A stretch of DNA of 64,000 nt from a virus: positions 1-64,000 of the IMG/VR virus record IMGVR_UViG_3300023174_000079. One strand, given 5' to 3'. Positions 37,977 through 47,198 of the stretch are shown one piece after another. Numbering within the stretch: position 1 is the stretch's first letter; every line of letters starts with the position of its first letter. The translations under genes were made by a program, and so were the position numbers. The notes under the pieces were generated by a model. It was not told the origin of the DNA, ran no database searches, and worked only from the letters and a program-made list of their open reading frames with translations.

Positions 37977-39897
37977 TATTATTATTTATTACATCAAGAT
38001 TACTTTCCCCGGTTACACAATTACCGAACTCCTGGTCGAATTTTTCTCTACTGCCCATCTCACGGATTGTCTTGTTCTTCCATTTTTCATCCCTACCAGG
38101 AACCTCCCACCAGTCAACACGTTCTGCCTTCCATCCATTGTGTTTTTCTGGATCTTCTTCCATAGCTCCTTCATAAAGTTCATGAAACAGATTACCGGTT
38201 CCATTAGGTGTACTAGCTACGAAAATTTTTGATTTCTTAGAAGATGAAATAATAGGGTAGACAGAGGCCCAGAATTCTTCAACAAGGTGATTATCGATAA
38301 AGGCTAACTCATCTAATAGGACAACATTTACGGAATCGCCGCGGCCGGCGTCACTGCTTGTTGTACTAATACCAATACTTGAACCATTAGCTAATGACAT
38401 CGATGTTTTACCGTACTCAACAACACCAGGCTTTAGATAATTCGGTAATTTTTCATAAGCCATCCTAACGCGCTTAAAAATATTAATAGCGGTTGATTCT
38501 TTGTTAGCAACAATAAGAACGCGTTGATCGGGTTGAAAACATACTATCCAGAGAGCGTATATAGTAAAGAGAGTAGTATTGTGTGTGGGTATTAACTGCT
38601 TACCAGCGAGATATAAATTATCTACACTATCAACAGTAATACATCTAACAGGTACCGACGGCACTTCAACAATTTGTTTTATATAATGCCATTGTGCGCG
38701 AAGATGCGACTGTACAGTAGGCGGCTTTACCTGAATTCTACTACGCTTAAACGGTAGACGACATACAAATTCTATTGGCTTAAATGTAACGATAGCGGAG
38801 ATATTACATTCAACGCCTCTCAATTTAGGTACATACTCTTTATATGTAACTTTATATCCAAGACTAGTTATGAGCTCTTTAACCTGCTTGGCTAATTCTA
38901 AATTTGTATTATAAAAACATGCATTTCCTCTATCATTAATATACCCATCACTATCAATAAGCCCTTGTAGTAGAGCGAGTCGCTGCTGTCTGCTTGCAAG
39001 CATGTACTCATTAGGAATATGCTTATTGTTTTTTAGGTTATTGTTTTTGATTAATCCGGATAAACTTTCTGTGTGTAAATTTTTTGTTGATGTTATTCTC
39101 AACGTATATACCTCTTTCTTATATTCATGTAAAATTAATTTGTCGAATTGTTTTTGCTGTGTATTAAGAATATCTATAATTTCGTGTATATCTCGTCTAC
39201 CTACAGTTATAGTACCACTAGCACTCGCTCCGTCCCCTAGCCACAATCCAAGCACATAAGGCTCAATAGGTAGTTCCTTTTCAATTCCCGTTACTCCGTT
39301 TATACATACAGGTATTCTATGATTAGGTTCTTTGCAGTATGGCGCGTATAATGTATCGACAATCTGCTGCGTAGTTTTTACTGTACCACTTGTCTTTCTT
39401 TCATTTCTCGATTCTGTAAACCATAGATGATCTGCATCGGCAATAATTTCCTCACCATTATCAAATATTACTTTATAACATTTACGGTTATCAAGGGTCT
39501 CGTGGGCATGCACGATGTTGCAAGGTTCACCATCAGCTCCGTATACTCGATCGCCTTTCTTAAGCTCACCCATTGTTGACCACCCGGATGTGGTTAATAT
39601 CGGCGTATCTAGTGCAAGTGCCTTACCACTCTGTCTACTTGATAACATACATACAAATCGATTATCACGGAGCGACCGAAGGATGCGTTTTTGATAGAGA
39701 TGGAGTTGTATTTTTATCTTACCTTCATCAAGATTTGTAATATAAAAGAAATTTTCAGCAAAATATAAAATATTTTTTTTACATTTTTCTATATCCTTTA
39801 TCCACTCTGGATTCGAGCTATAGTCAAACAAAGCATCCGGTGTCGGTAAGCTTTCATTACCTAGATAAAACTGCTGTTTCTCTTTTTTAGTAGCCAT
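37930..39897 (-). CDS. gp17: terminase large subunit N-terminal (ATPase) half with class 3 intein and terminal IntN
   Basis: LHLYQK Q-motif, SRQSGK|T Walker A interrupted by an intein, LLDELAF Walker B, and STPNG motif III. Confidence 0.95.
   Translation of the reverse strand: MATKKEKQQFYLGNESLPTPDALFDYSSNPEWIKDIEKCKKNILYFAENFFYITNLDEGKIKIQLHLYQKRILRSLRDNRFVCMLSSRQSGKALALDTPILTTSGWSTMGELKKGDRVYGADGEPCNIVHAHETLDNRKCYKVIFDNGEEIIADADHLWFTESRNERKTSGTVKTTQQIVDTLYAPYCKEPNHRIPVCINGVTGIEKELPIEPYVLGLWLGDGASASGTITVGRRDIHEIIDILNTQQKQFDKLILHEYKKEVYTLRITSTKNLHTESLSGLIKNNNLKNNKHIPNEYMLASRQQRLALLQGLIDSDGYINDRGNACFYNTNLELAKQVKELITSLGYKVTYKEYVPKLRGVECNISAIVTFKPIEFVCRLPFKRSRIQVKPPTVQSHLRAQWHYIKQIVEVPSVPVRCITVDSVDNLYLAGKQLIPTHNTTLFTIYALWIVCFQPDQRVLIVANKESTAINIFKRVRMAYEKLPNYLKPGVVEYGKTSMSLANGSSIGISTTSSDAGRGDSVNVVLLDELAFIDNHLVEEFWASVYPIISSSKKSKIFVASTPNGTGNLFHELYEGAMEEDPEKHNGWKAERVDWWEVPGRDEKWKNKTIREMGSREKFDQEFGNCVTGESNLDVINNNNEQQAITIKELFDLL
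37933..38019 (-). mobile_element. split intein N-fragment (29 aa, CVTGESNLDV...ITIKELFDLL)
   Basis: Block A Cys1 follows FDQEFGN. The ORF stops after the typical I-K-E-L-F helix. Confidence 0.9.
37983..37988 (-). promoter_or_regulatory. late promoter embedded in IntN coding sequence
   Basis: TAAATA lies 6 nt upstream of the endonuclease ATG (37976), the same spacing seen at other late genes. Confidence 0.6.
38578..39621 (-). mobile_element. class 3 intein with LAGLIDADG homing endonuclease (348 aa)
   Basis: Ala1 (ALALDTPI), block B DADHLW, block F VRCITV, block G IPTHN|T. Endonuclease motifs LGLWLGDG and LQGLIDSDG. Confidence 0.92.
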
Positions 39898-39919
39898 TTA
39901 GTATAAATAATTAGGCAAT

Positions 39920-40771
39920 ATGAATAAAGCACGCAATCTCGTTGAAATTGGTGAATTCTACGCCTCAACAGTACTTACTGAAGGTAAGAAGAATTTCCCG
40001 CCTAAGGACACTTTCGCTACATCTGGTAAGAAAACATCTGATGCTGTATTACCTAAAGGTTTAAAGACAAAAGCTTATGATAAGCGCGGGCCTTTAAGCA
40101 ATAAAAATGAAGAAGCTCTCGTTAAGCCTCTTGAGGCTAAGGACGCCAAGGGTAAGAATACTTTTACTGGAGTTGAAAATCTTTCGTTGGCCCCAGAAAA
40201 AATGGAAGTGGAGACTATAAATAATTTTATGAACAAATCTATTTTTGATCGCCTCTACGAGGACGTTATGTCCGACAATATCAATTCACCTGCTGACGCT
40301 GAACAGCACGACGCCGAAGCTCTCGACCTTCCTGGTACAGAAGAGCACGAAGGTGAAGTAACAATTACCCTTGATCGTGAACTTGCTACTAAGCTTCACG
40401 ACGTTCTTATGGCCGTTCTCGGTTCTGAAGAAGAGCATATCGGTGATGAAGAGGGTGAGCTCGAAGGTGAAGAAGCTGAAGAGTGTGATGATACACTTCC
40501 TGAAGCTACCGAACTTAAGGAGCTTCCTACTAGCGCTGGTACATCACTTCAATCAAAGAATAATAAGGTTGGTGACGTAACTGCAAAGAGCGTTGATGGT
40601 AAGCACGGCGACGGTACTGTTGACAATAAGGTCGATGGTAGCGGTAAGCCTATCAAGGATATCAAGATCGGTGCCGGTGTTAAGGCCGATACAACAGCTG
40701 TTAGTGGTAAGAGTAACGTCGTTGCTTCTTCAAAGACCTCTAAGGTTGGTACATATCTTGCCGGTAAGTAA
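39920..40771 (+). CDS. hypothetical late protein (head internal/scaffold-like)
   Basis: Canonical TATAAATA at 39902-39909. VLTE and RLYE motifs, an acidic middle and a basic G/K-rich tail. Confidence 0.65.
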   Translation: MNKARNLVEIGEFYASTVLTEGKKNFPPKDTFATSGKKTSDAVLPKGLKTKAYDKRGPLSNKNEEALVKPLEAKDAKGKNTFTGVENLSLAPEKMEVETINNFMNKSIFDRLYEDVMSDNINSPADAEQHDAEALDLPGTEEHEGEVTITLDRELATKLHDVLMAVLGSEEEHIGDEEGELEGEEAEECDDTLPEATELKELPTSAGTSLQSKNNKVGDVTAKSVDGKHGDGTVDNKVDGSGKPIKDIKIGAGVKADTTAVSGKSNVVASSKTSKVGTYLAGK

Positions 40772-40794
40772 TATATAAAAATAGATTATAAATT

Positions 40795-40824
40795 AAAGGG
40801 CCTTAGAATAAGGCCCTTTTTTTT
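40795..40824 (+). terminator. intrinsic terminator
   Basis: AAAGGGCCTT-AGAAT-AAGGCCCTTT hairpin followed by a T tract. Confidence 0.85.
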
Positions 40825-40838
40825 GTATAAATATATCT

Positions 40839-41186
40839 GTGAAGAGCTTTAAAGACTTTATTTTCGAAAGGTTTAATCCTCATTTTAATAAAAAGACAGG
40901 TGAGGCAAGACAGCACCGTCATATGGCTAATATGATTCCAGATGTTAATTCGCATTCTGCTACAGGTGGAAAGACTGTTCCTGAGTACTGTAAGCATGAT
41001 AATAACGCTGTACAAGAATTTGAAACACTTAAGACGATGAACAAAGGTACAAAGACGATTAATCTTGCTAAAGCTCGTAAACTTAAGGATCAATTTAATC
41101 TTAGTGAGTTCAAAGGTACCCTTGGCAACACAGGGATACATTTAGCTCCACATCATGAACCAGGTTTCTTTACGCTAACCAAATAA
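40839..41186 (+). CDS. hypothetical late protein (internal-protein-like N-terminus)
   Basis: TATAAATA is 5 nt before the GTG. MKSFKDFIFE resembles T4 capsid-targeting sequences. Confidence 0.65.
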   Translation: MKSFKDFIFERFNPHFNKKTGEARQHRHMANMIPDVNSHSATGGKTVPEYCKHDNNAVQEFETLKTMNKGTKTINLAKARKLKDQFNLSEFKGTLGNTGIHLAPHHEPGFFTLTK

Positions 41187-41923
41187 TGACTATTGATACA
41201 AAAGATTTTTATACCGGTAATCCGACCCCGCAAATATATCCTGCGAGCATTACCTATACACCTAATCCGTGTATACGTTTTACTGATAAGACGAATAATC
41301 AAAACGAACGCATTTTATACGCTAATTATTGGCAAGAGCAACTTAGCTTATACGGTCAACAGGTTCAGTATTATGTAAACACATTCAATACATTATCAGC
41401 TGATATGTTATATGGTGAGCAACCAACTCAGCAATTTGCGCCTCCGTTACCAATTATTTTTGGCATTAACTTAAACGAAAACGCTCTTATGCTTAGTAAG
41501 TATGGCTTACTCTCTGAGGATGAAGTTACAGCATTTGTACCGTATAATAGTTTTTATGCTACGTTTGGTAGTGGTTCAGAGCCAAAATCTGGAGATGTAT
41601 TTCAACTATCGGAATACGGTAGTGATCGTGTTAATGGTCGTAATGGTAATTTTTATGAGATCACAGAGCGTCTTGACCAGGATATCGCCCAGATTAATCC
41701 TCTCGCCGGTCACTACGTTTGGTTGATTAAAGCCAAGCGATTTGAATGGTCGTTTGAGCCCGGGTTATCAGGTGAAGCTGTTAATCAACAAGTATTCGAT
41801 GACACGCGAAATCCTACAGCGTCAGGAGCACAGAAACCTTATAGTTACAGCGCTGATATAGAGTCAAAATCTGTTTTTGATTACAGTCTCACAGATTATG
41901 GATCTGTATACGGTGGGTATTAA
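41186..41923 (+). CDS. gp14: neck protein
   Basis: EQLSLYGQQVQYY, LYGEQP, LSKYGLLSEDEV, PKSGDVF and FYEIT motifs. Confidence 0.8.
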   Translation: MTIDTKDFYTGNPTPQIYPASITYTPNPCIRFTDKTNNQNERILYANYWQEQLSLYGQQVQYYVNTFNTLSADMLYGEQPTQQFAPPLPIIFGINLNENALMLSKYGLLSEDEVTAFVPYNSFYATFGSGSEPKSGDVFQLSEYGSDRVNGRNGNFYEITERLDQDIAQINPLAGHYVWLIKAKRFEWSFEPGLSGEAVNQQVFDDTRNPTASGAQKPYSYSADIESKSVFDYSLTDYGSVYGGY

Positions 41924-42192
41924 ACATCAACCTTACCCGTTTCCGCTGTATAATCCGGCACTACTTCGTTACGTAATTTAGCAATAAAATTATCCGCAGT
42001 TTTACTTGATTCAAAAGAAAGCACAACACGTGAACGATCCGTGCCATCAAACGTATAGTTTAAAACACTATTAGTTAGATTAATATTAATGAGTTTGTAT
42101 AAAACATTAATATTAAAAGAATTTTCTAATGATCTAAATCCACGACGAGGATCAGGTCTTACACTGAAGCTGGTACCGATGATGTAGTGCAT
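41920..42192 (-). CDS. hypothetical protein
   Basis: 90-aa ORF, last gene of an overlapping operon. Confidence 0.6.
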   Translation of the reverse strand: MHYIIGTSFSVRPDPRRGFRSLENSFNINVLYKLININLTNSVLNYTFDGTDRSRVVLSFESSKTADNFIAKLRNEVVPDYTAETGKVDV

Positions 42193-42467
42193 GGGAGTTT
42201 TGGAGCAGTAATAGCGTTGTTAGTTTCAATTTCATCAAGATCGGATTTCATAGAGAGAAAGCGCTCTTCAATATATTTTTGAAATGCAAGTGGTTTGATC
42301 CAATCAACATCATTTTCAATTGAACGTTTTTTGAGCTGCTCAACGCGCTTACTTACAATCTCTACGCCTTCTAGAAGGCACAACCAGCGTGCATACTCGT
42401 CGTATGACATATTAAGCTCTGTATTATCTCTTAGTGATATTGATTCGTTTGATAGTGTCGATGACAT
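42159..42467 (-). CDS. hypothetical protein
   Basis: 102 aa with a WIKPLAFQKYIEER motif, in an overlapping operon. Confidence 0.65.
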   Translation of the reverse strand: MSSTLSNESISLRDNTELNMSYDEYARWLCLLEGVEIVSKRVEQLKKRSIENDVDWIKPLAFQKYIEERFLSMKSDLDEIETNNAITAPKLPCTTSSVPASV

Positions 42468-42882
42468 ATCCGAGTATTATGTATGAAATTCGCTGCACGT
42501 CAAGAATATTCTTCTCTTCATTAAAGTAATTTAATAACGTGTGTATGGCATCAATATTCTGTATCGCACCATTAATGGATGTATTGAGAGCTTTAATTAA
42601 TTCACTTTTATGCTCATCTTTAATCTTTGATATCTGCACTGTCTTTGTAAGAGTATCAATATAAAGAAGAAGTAAGTTCTTTATAATGTTCTTGTCTGAC
42701 GATGTATCCTTTTTATAAAAGATAAGACCTTCTTCAAGAGACTTATAACTTTGAAGATCTAATTTTTGTCTAAGAGTACCTAAGATATCATCAAATGAGA
42801 TGCGCTGTGACTCTGTAGCTACAGCGAACCTATCTGCTATACCTTCTTCGGTTAAACTATTAATACTTTCAGGAATCTCCAT
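42424..42882 (-). CDS. hypothetical protein
   Basis: 152-aa helical ORF. Confidence 0.6.
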   Translation of the reverse strand: MEIPESINSLTEEGIADRFAVATESQRISFDDILGTLRQKLDLQSYKSLEEGLIFYKKDTSSDKNIIKNLLLLYIDTLTKTVQISKIKDEHKSELIKALNTSINGAIQNIDAIHTLLNYFNEEKNILDVQRISYIILGYVIDTIKRINITKR

Positions 42883-43300
42883 TGTCAGTAATAATTAAGG
42901 GTACAGGTGCAGGGAGTGTAACATTAGCGATAGTCTCAGTGACGAGGGCAGTTTCCGTAGCAATATAAACGCTCACGTTCTTCTGGCAATAATCGCATTT
43001 GTAATTGTTATTTGTATTCAAGACAATAGGGACGAATTCTGTCTTCTTGAGTGAGCATGGACACGTAACCTCAAGACCCTGCAGGCTAAACTCTTTTATT
43101 CTCTCGTTTTCGAGTTTTTTATTTTTTAATTCTATGTAAGCACTGAGTGCTGTAATGAAAGCATAATAAGCACCGAATTGTATGATTACACCGAGAGGGA
43201 TACCTATGAATAGAGAAACACCAAAGCGCTTTAAGAGTAAACCAAATAAAATAGCGGTAATAACAAGCGCAGTTAATTGCGATAAAAGTCTACTAAGCAT
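42869..43300 (-). CDS. membrane protein with zinc ribbon
   Basis: Two N-terminal TM helices, then CPC...CDYC. sigma70-like promoter upstream. Confidence 0.65.
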   Translation of the reverse strand: MLSRLLSQLTALVITAILFGLLLKRFGVSLFIGIPLGVIIQFGAYYAFITALSAYIELKNKKLENERIKEFSLQGLEVTCPCSLKKTEFVPIVLNTNNNYKCDYCQKNVSVYIATETALVTETIANVTLPAPVPLIITDNGDS

Positions 43301-43330
43301 TATATTATAATAATGTAGCAGCTGCTAAAA

Positions 43331-43720
43331 TCAAGCGTCTTTAGCATTCTTGTCTATTACAACAAATATCTGCTTGAGTTCTTTTAGAGAATTATTAAGA
43401 CAATTAACAATTAATTGTAATTCTTTTTGTGCCTTTTCGTCTTCTCGTACGAGAGGGTTTTTTAATGCAATTTTAAAGTTAGCAATCGCGCTTGTTGTAT
43501 TAGTAATTAGATCACCAAGAATTGATACAGTATTAGGAATTGGATATGGAATTACATTACTAGCACGTGCATCGTTTGGATTTTGAGTTCTATATCCTTT
43601 ATCGTTACCAACAAGATCGTTAAATTTCATTTTGATGGCTCCAAACTCACGTGCTGCTTGACCTGATACCCACCTATTATACATTGAAACTGTATCTTCA
43701 AATAGAACCTTCTTTTTCAT
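43331..43720 (-). CDS. hypothetical late protein
   Basis: TAAATA is 7 nt before the ATG. N-terminal KVLFED motif. Confidence 0.65.
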   Translation of the reverse strand: MKKKVLFEDTVSMYNRWVSGQAAREFGAIKMKFNDLVGNDKGYRTQNPNDARASNVIPYPIPNTVSILGDLITNTTSAIANFKIALKNPLVREDEKAQKELQLIVNCLNNSLKELKQIFVVIDKNAKDA

Positions 43721-43754
43721 GTAAAATTATTTAATCTTCAACATAAATACTATT

Positions 43755-44159
43755 ATGAGTTATTTTAAGTCGAGATTTGATTATATTTTAGAAGCTGATG
43801 TTACACCGTCTCCAGAAGCTGCCCCTGCTAATGATCAGGAAGCTATGGCCCAGCAGTTAGACACAGCTAAGCCTTCAGATTTCGATGTTAAGGCAGCGGA
43901 AAGACAAACCCGTATTGATCATGTCAAGGTAAATCAGATTAATACGCTCAATGAATGGATTAAGCAGATTGACGCTTTTGTTGTTTATCTTAACGATACA
44001 GACAGTAATTCAATTCAAATTCAACTTCATTCCGCTCCTTGTGATTCAATGTTTGAAAATATTGCAAGAAGTGAAAAGAAGAGGATATCACGTCTTGCAG
44101 CTGATCTCGGTACCCTTGCACAAAACTTTAAGGGATATCTTGCTTCCGCTAACGATTAA
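43755..44159 (+). CDS. hypothetical late protein
   Basis: TAAATA is 5 nt before the ATG. N-terminal FDYILEA motif. Confidence 0.65.
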   Translation: MSYFKSRFDYILEADVTPSPEAAPANDQEAMAQQLDTAKPSDFDVKAAERQTRIDHVKVNQINTLNEWIKQIDAFVVYLNDTDSNSIQIQLHSAPCDSMFENIARSEKKRISRLAADLGTLAQNFKGYLASAND

Positions 44160-45190
44160 TCTTTAATCTCAGACATTAAAAGCTTTGCTTTTAATCCGGT
44201 ATAGGAATTACTAATAATAAACTTCGGAGATATTTGGTTTATATTTGCAGCTAAGCAAACGTCGTTAATATCTTTACACGATCTGCCTATCTTTTCCGGC
44301 CAGATAAAAACCGTCTCATTCATATCAATTAGACGCTTTGTCTTGACTCTACTAGCTTTATCTTGCCATTGACTATCAAGTACCCAAATTCGCTTAAATA
44401 GATTGAAACCATTAATCTGCGATTGTTGTAGACTAGAAAACATATTATTGCTATTTTCTTGAATACCTGCTACGGCTGTCCCATTCTTGACGAAGAACGC
44501 ATCAATTGGTCCTTCAAAAACAAAAATATAATCGAGCTCAGGATCAATATTGTTGAGGTTGTAGAGTGACTTTTCTCCGTTTATCTTACTAAGGTATTTT
44601 GGAAGCTTGTCTCCAGATTGATTTAAAATCGTCCTTGATTGATAAAAAACGATTTCATCTTTCTCATCGTAGAATGGTATAATTAATCTATCTTTATGTA
44701 CCCTGTCTGTAAGAGATAGCCAGAGTGATTTAGGCCTATTAACAGCAGTATCTAGCTTCCGTGCCTTAATTACTTCAATAGCCTTTTGTACCACAGCATT
44801 ATTTTTATGGTAATTAATTTGATGATCGTCGAATAAATTAATGCAGTCAAGCGGTAGCTTATGTATAATTTTAACCGGATCTGGTTCAGCTTTATCTGTA
44901 GAGATATCGGTGGGTAAAATATCATATGTTCTAACTTCTTTTATAATTTCCTCGTACGTCTGATTAGATACTTCTTGAATCCATTTTAATGGCTTACCAA
45001 ACCACCCACAGTTATGACAGCAAATAATGTTATCTTCAACAAGATAGTAACACCTACGCTTTTTTAGCCATGATGAACCTTCACGACATATAGGGCATCC
45101 CGCCTCATATGTATTTGATGACTTCTTATACTTCGGATAGCCTGCATATTGATAGTACTTCTGTACAATATATTCCTGAGGAAGTATCAC
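44156..45190 (-). CDS. gp61: DNA primase
   Basis: CPIC...CHNC zinc finger, RLIIPF, and TOPRIM motifs FEGPIDAFF and KDIND. Confidence 0.93.
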   Translation of the reverse strand: MILPQEYIVQKYYQYAGYPKYKKSSNTYEAGCPICREGSSWLKKRRCYYLVEDNIICCHNCGWFGKPLKWIQEVSNQTYEEIIKEVRTYDILPTDISTDKAEPDPVKIIHKLPLDCINLFDDHQINYHKNNAVVQKAIEVIKARKLDTAVNRPKSLWLSLTDRVHKDRLIIPFYDEKDEIVFYQSRTILNQSGDKLPKYLSKINGEKSLYNLNNIDPELDYIFVFEGPIDAFFVKNGTAVAGIQENSNNMFSSLQQSQINGFNLFKRIWVLDSQWQDKASRVKTKRLIDMNETVFIWPEKIGRSCKDINDVCLAANINQISPKFIISNSYTGLKAKLLMSEIKD

Positions 45191-45229
45191 GCCATTAGTA
45201 TAACGACGTTTTTAAATAAAACAAGATTA

Positions 45230-45418
45230 TTATGCCTTAGCTTGTTTATTGATATCCTTTATAGAAACAATGCCCTTGTGAACAAAGACCCCGGAAGCAG
45301 GATCTGTATATATCGCTTCGGTGATTTCCTGATTACCCTTAATATAGGTTCTAAGTGTCGGACGAATTGGTTCACCGCTAATTGGAGACTGAATGACTTT
45401 TGGTTGGATAATATCCAT
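45230..45418 (-). CDS. small hypothetical protein (Cys-less zinc-ribbon-like)
   Basis: SPISG...DPASG knuckles. TAAGTA is 5 nt before the ATG. Confidence 0.6.
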   Translation of the reverse strand: MDIIQPKVIQSPISGEPIRPTLRTYIKGNQEITEAIYTDPASGVFVHKGIVSIKDINKQAKA

Positions 45419-45426
45419 ATATTTAC

Positions 45427-45741
45427 TTAGTCTTCAGTATCTTCTAATGCTAGAACTTTAGTTTTGTTCTTATTATACTGCTGCATACATGTTTTAAACA
45501 CATATGCAGGAAGCTGCTCGACAATGTCGACAATTCCACTTTCGATACCGGAATCAAACTTATCAATAGGTATTTTTCTAATATCCATATCAGGTAATAC
45601 CAAAAAATTATAATTAAAAGAATCTTTTTCTACGTAAACTAATAATTCACCTAAGTATTTACCTGCTGTAATAGCGTAAATAAAGGATTGGCGTGGATGC
45701 TTTTTCGTTAAAAAGGATTTAATCCTGATCAGGTTCTTCAT
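45427..45741 (-). CDS. hypothetical protein
   Basis: 104-aa ORF in the operon after gp45. Confidence 0.6.
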   Translation of the reverse strand: MKNLIRIKSFLTKKHPRQSFIYAITAGKYLGELLVYVEKDSFNYNFLVLPDMDIRKIPIDKFDSGIESGIVDIVEQLPAYVFKTCMQQYNKNKTKVLALEDTED

Positions 45742-46063
45742 TCTCTATATGACTGTGAAAGAATTTATTAATGAGAGTAACAAGGGAATCTGCTTCTTGC
45801 TGATTATGTGCGGAAATGCATTGAATGGGTTCTCCATCAAACGTATAACCGAGAATAATAAAGGACGTTAGATACTCTTCAACCTGAGTTGAAAGGGTCT
45901 TCAGATCTTTTTTAATACCGTTTTCACGAGTAGCGAGATTTTCTTGCAACGAAGAAATCATTGCCTTGCGGAGTACTTCCTTGTCTTCAGGGTTTAATTT
46001 AACCTCCGATTTCTCCGATTTCTTCATTTTTTTCTCCCTGTTGTTCTGACTCTTGTCGCTCAT
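45719..46063 (-). CDS. hypothetical protein
   Basis: 114 aa with an EYLTSFIILGYTFDG motif. Confidence 0.65.
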   Translation of the reverse strand: MSDKSQNNREKKMKKSEKSEVKLNPEDKEVLRKAMISSLQENLATRENGIKKDLKTLSTQVEEYLTSFIILGYTFDGEPIQCISAHNQQEADSLVTLINKFFHSHIENEEPDQD

Positions 46064-46415
46064 TGTTAATATTTATCCTCTTGACAAGATATCTCGATTT
46101 ACCGTGATAGTTGATATTATTTGATACTCCGCGAGTAATGAGATAATCAATAATTACTTCAATACTGTCGGTTTTAATACTATAATTCTTGGGTATCTTG
46201 CAACCACCGTCATTCAGTTCAAATAAGATTTCACCTAAATCATTTTTATTGGCATAGCATGTAATCATTGCAGATGACTCGCTAGGATTCACCATTACTG
46301 TCCATCGGCGTGGATCGCCTTTAGCATATACCGAAAATAAACGAATAACAACAAAACCGTTATCACGGAGTCGTTTAATAAAATATCCTGGTGTTTTTAG
46401 TTTGTTGTTGCTCAT
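45999..46415 (-). CDS. hypothetical protein
   Basis: 138 aa with YFIKRLRDNG...DPRRWTV. Adjacent to gp45. Confidence 0.7.
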   Translation of the reverse strand: MSNNKLKTPGYFIKRLRDNGFVVIRLFSVYAKGDPRRWTVMVNPSESSAMITCYANKNDLGEILFELNDGGCKIPKNYSIKTDSIEVIIDYLITRGVSNNINYHGKSRYLVKRININNERQESEQQGEKNEEIGEIGG

Positions 46416-46421
46416 AATTTT

Positions 46422-47156
46422 TTAATTTTGTATTGCTGAAACAATAAACTTTATGTTTGTTGCTTCATTATTAGTATCAAGAGTTAAAAGACCGCGGGAG
46501 GACGCGATACTAGCTGTCAATACCTTGTATTTCATACAAGAAATTATTCTAAATAATTCAAATTTCAAGGGTATATAATTACTAATTTGTTCGCCCTTAT
46601 AATCTTCAGATATCTTAATACCATAGGAGTCGGTATTTGCTCTTGTCTTATCTGTTAACTCACCAAAAACGCTATCATCTTTAAAAGAAATATAAATCTT
46701 ATCAGTCTCTGTAGCTATAGAACTACCTTTAATAAGTGATACTACAGATGTATATGGAATGGTAAATGTACCATCAAAGGGTAATTCTTTTAATTTTTCA
46801 AGATTAATCTGCTTAGGCGTTTTAATAATATTATCATCAAATAGGTAGTATTTAAATCTAATCGAAGGTGATTCAAAACCGATATGATTAGTAGAAATAT
46901 CTAAAGCACATCCTTTATCTTCAATACAAGAAAGAACTCTACAGAGTTTTTTTAAATCTGGTATGTTAAGATTTTTCTCTATTCCAGACAGTATGTTAGT
47001 GTATACAGCATGAACTACTAGAGTATTGTCCCCGGTCGCAATGATAGCGGAAACGTTTTTTGATGTAAGCTTTAATACAGCGCTATCAGCAACACGACTT
47101 AGCGGTGTTAGGAAGTTATTAAGAAAATCTTCTCTATCCGGTATAGTAAGGATCAT
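46422..47156 (-). CDS. gp45: sliding clamp
   Basis: 244 aa with a PCNA/gp45-like alternating pattern (LNIPDLKKL, FKYYL, FIVS), in the replication cluster. Confidence 0.7.
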   Translation of the reverse strand: MILTIPDREDFLNNFLTPLSRVADSAVLKLTSKNVSAIIATGDNTLVVHAVYTNILSGIEKNLNIPDLKKLCRVLSCIEDKGCALDISTNHIGFESPSIRFKYYLFDDNIIKTPKQINLEKLKELPFDGTFTIPYTSVVSLIKGSSIATETDKIYISFKDDSVFGELTDKTRANTDSYGIKISEDYKGEQISNYIPLKFELFRIISCMKYKVLTASIASSRGLLTLDTNNEATNIKFIVSAIQN

Positions 47157-47198
47157 GCTATTATATTAGATTCTTTATTCGCTTATACCAGCGGTAAA

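Noticed and set aside
35834-39897. terL as a frameshifted pseudogene or as interrupted by a group I intron
   Set aside because: Both halves carry intact catalytic motifs and complementary intein blocks. The intervening DNA is fully occupied by an overlapping ORF, leaving no room for a ribozyme core.
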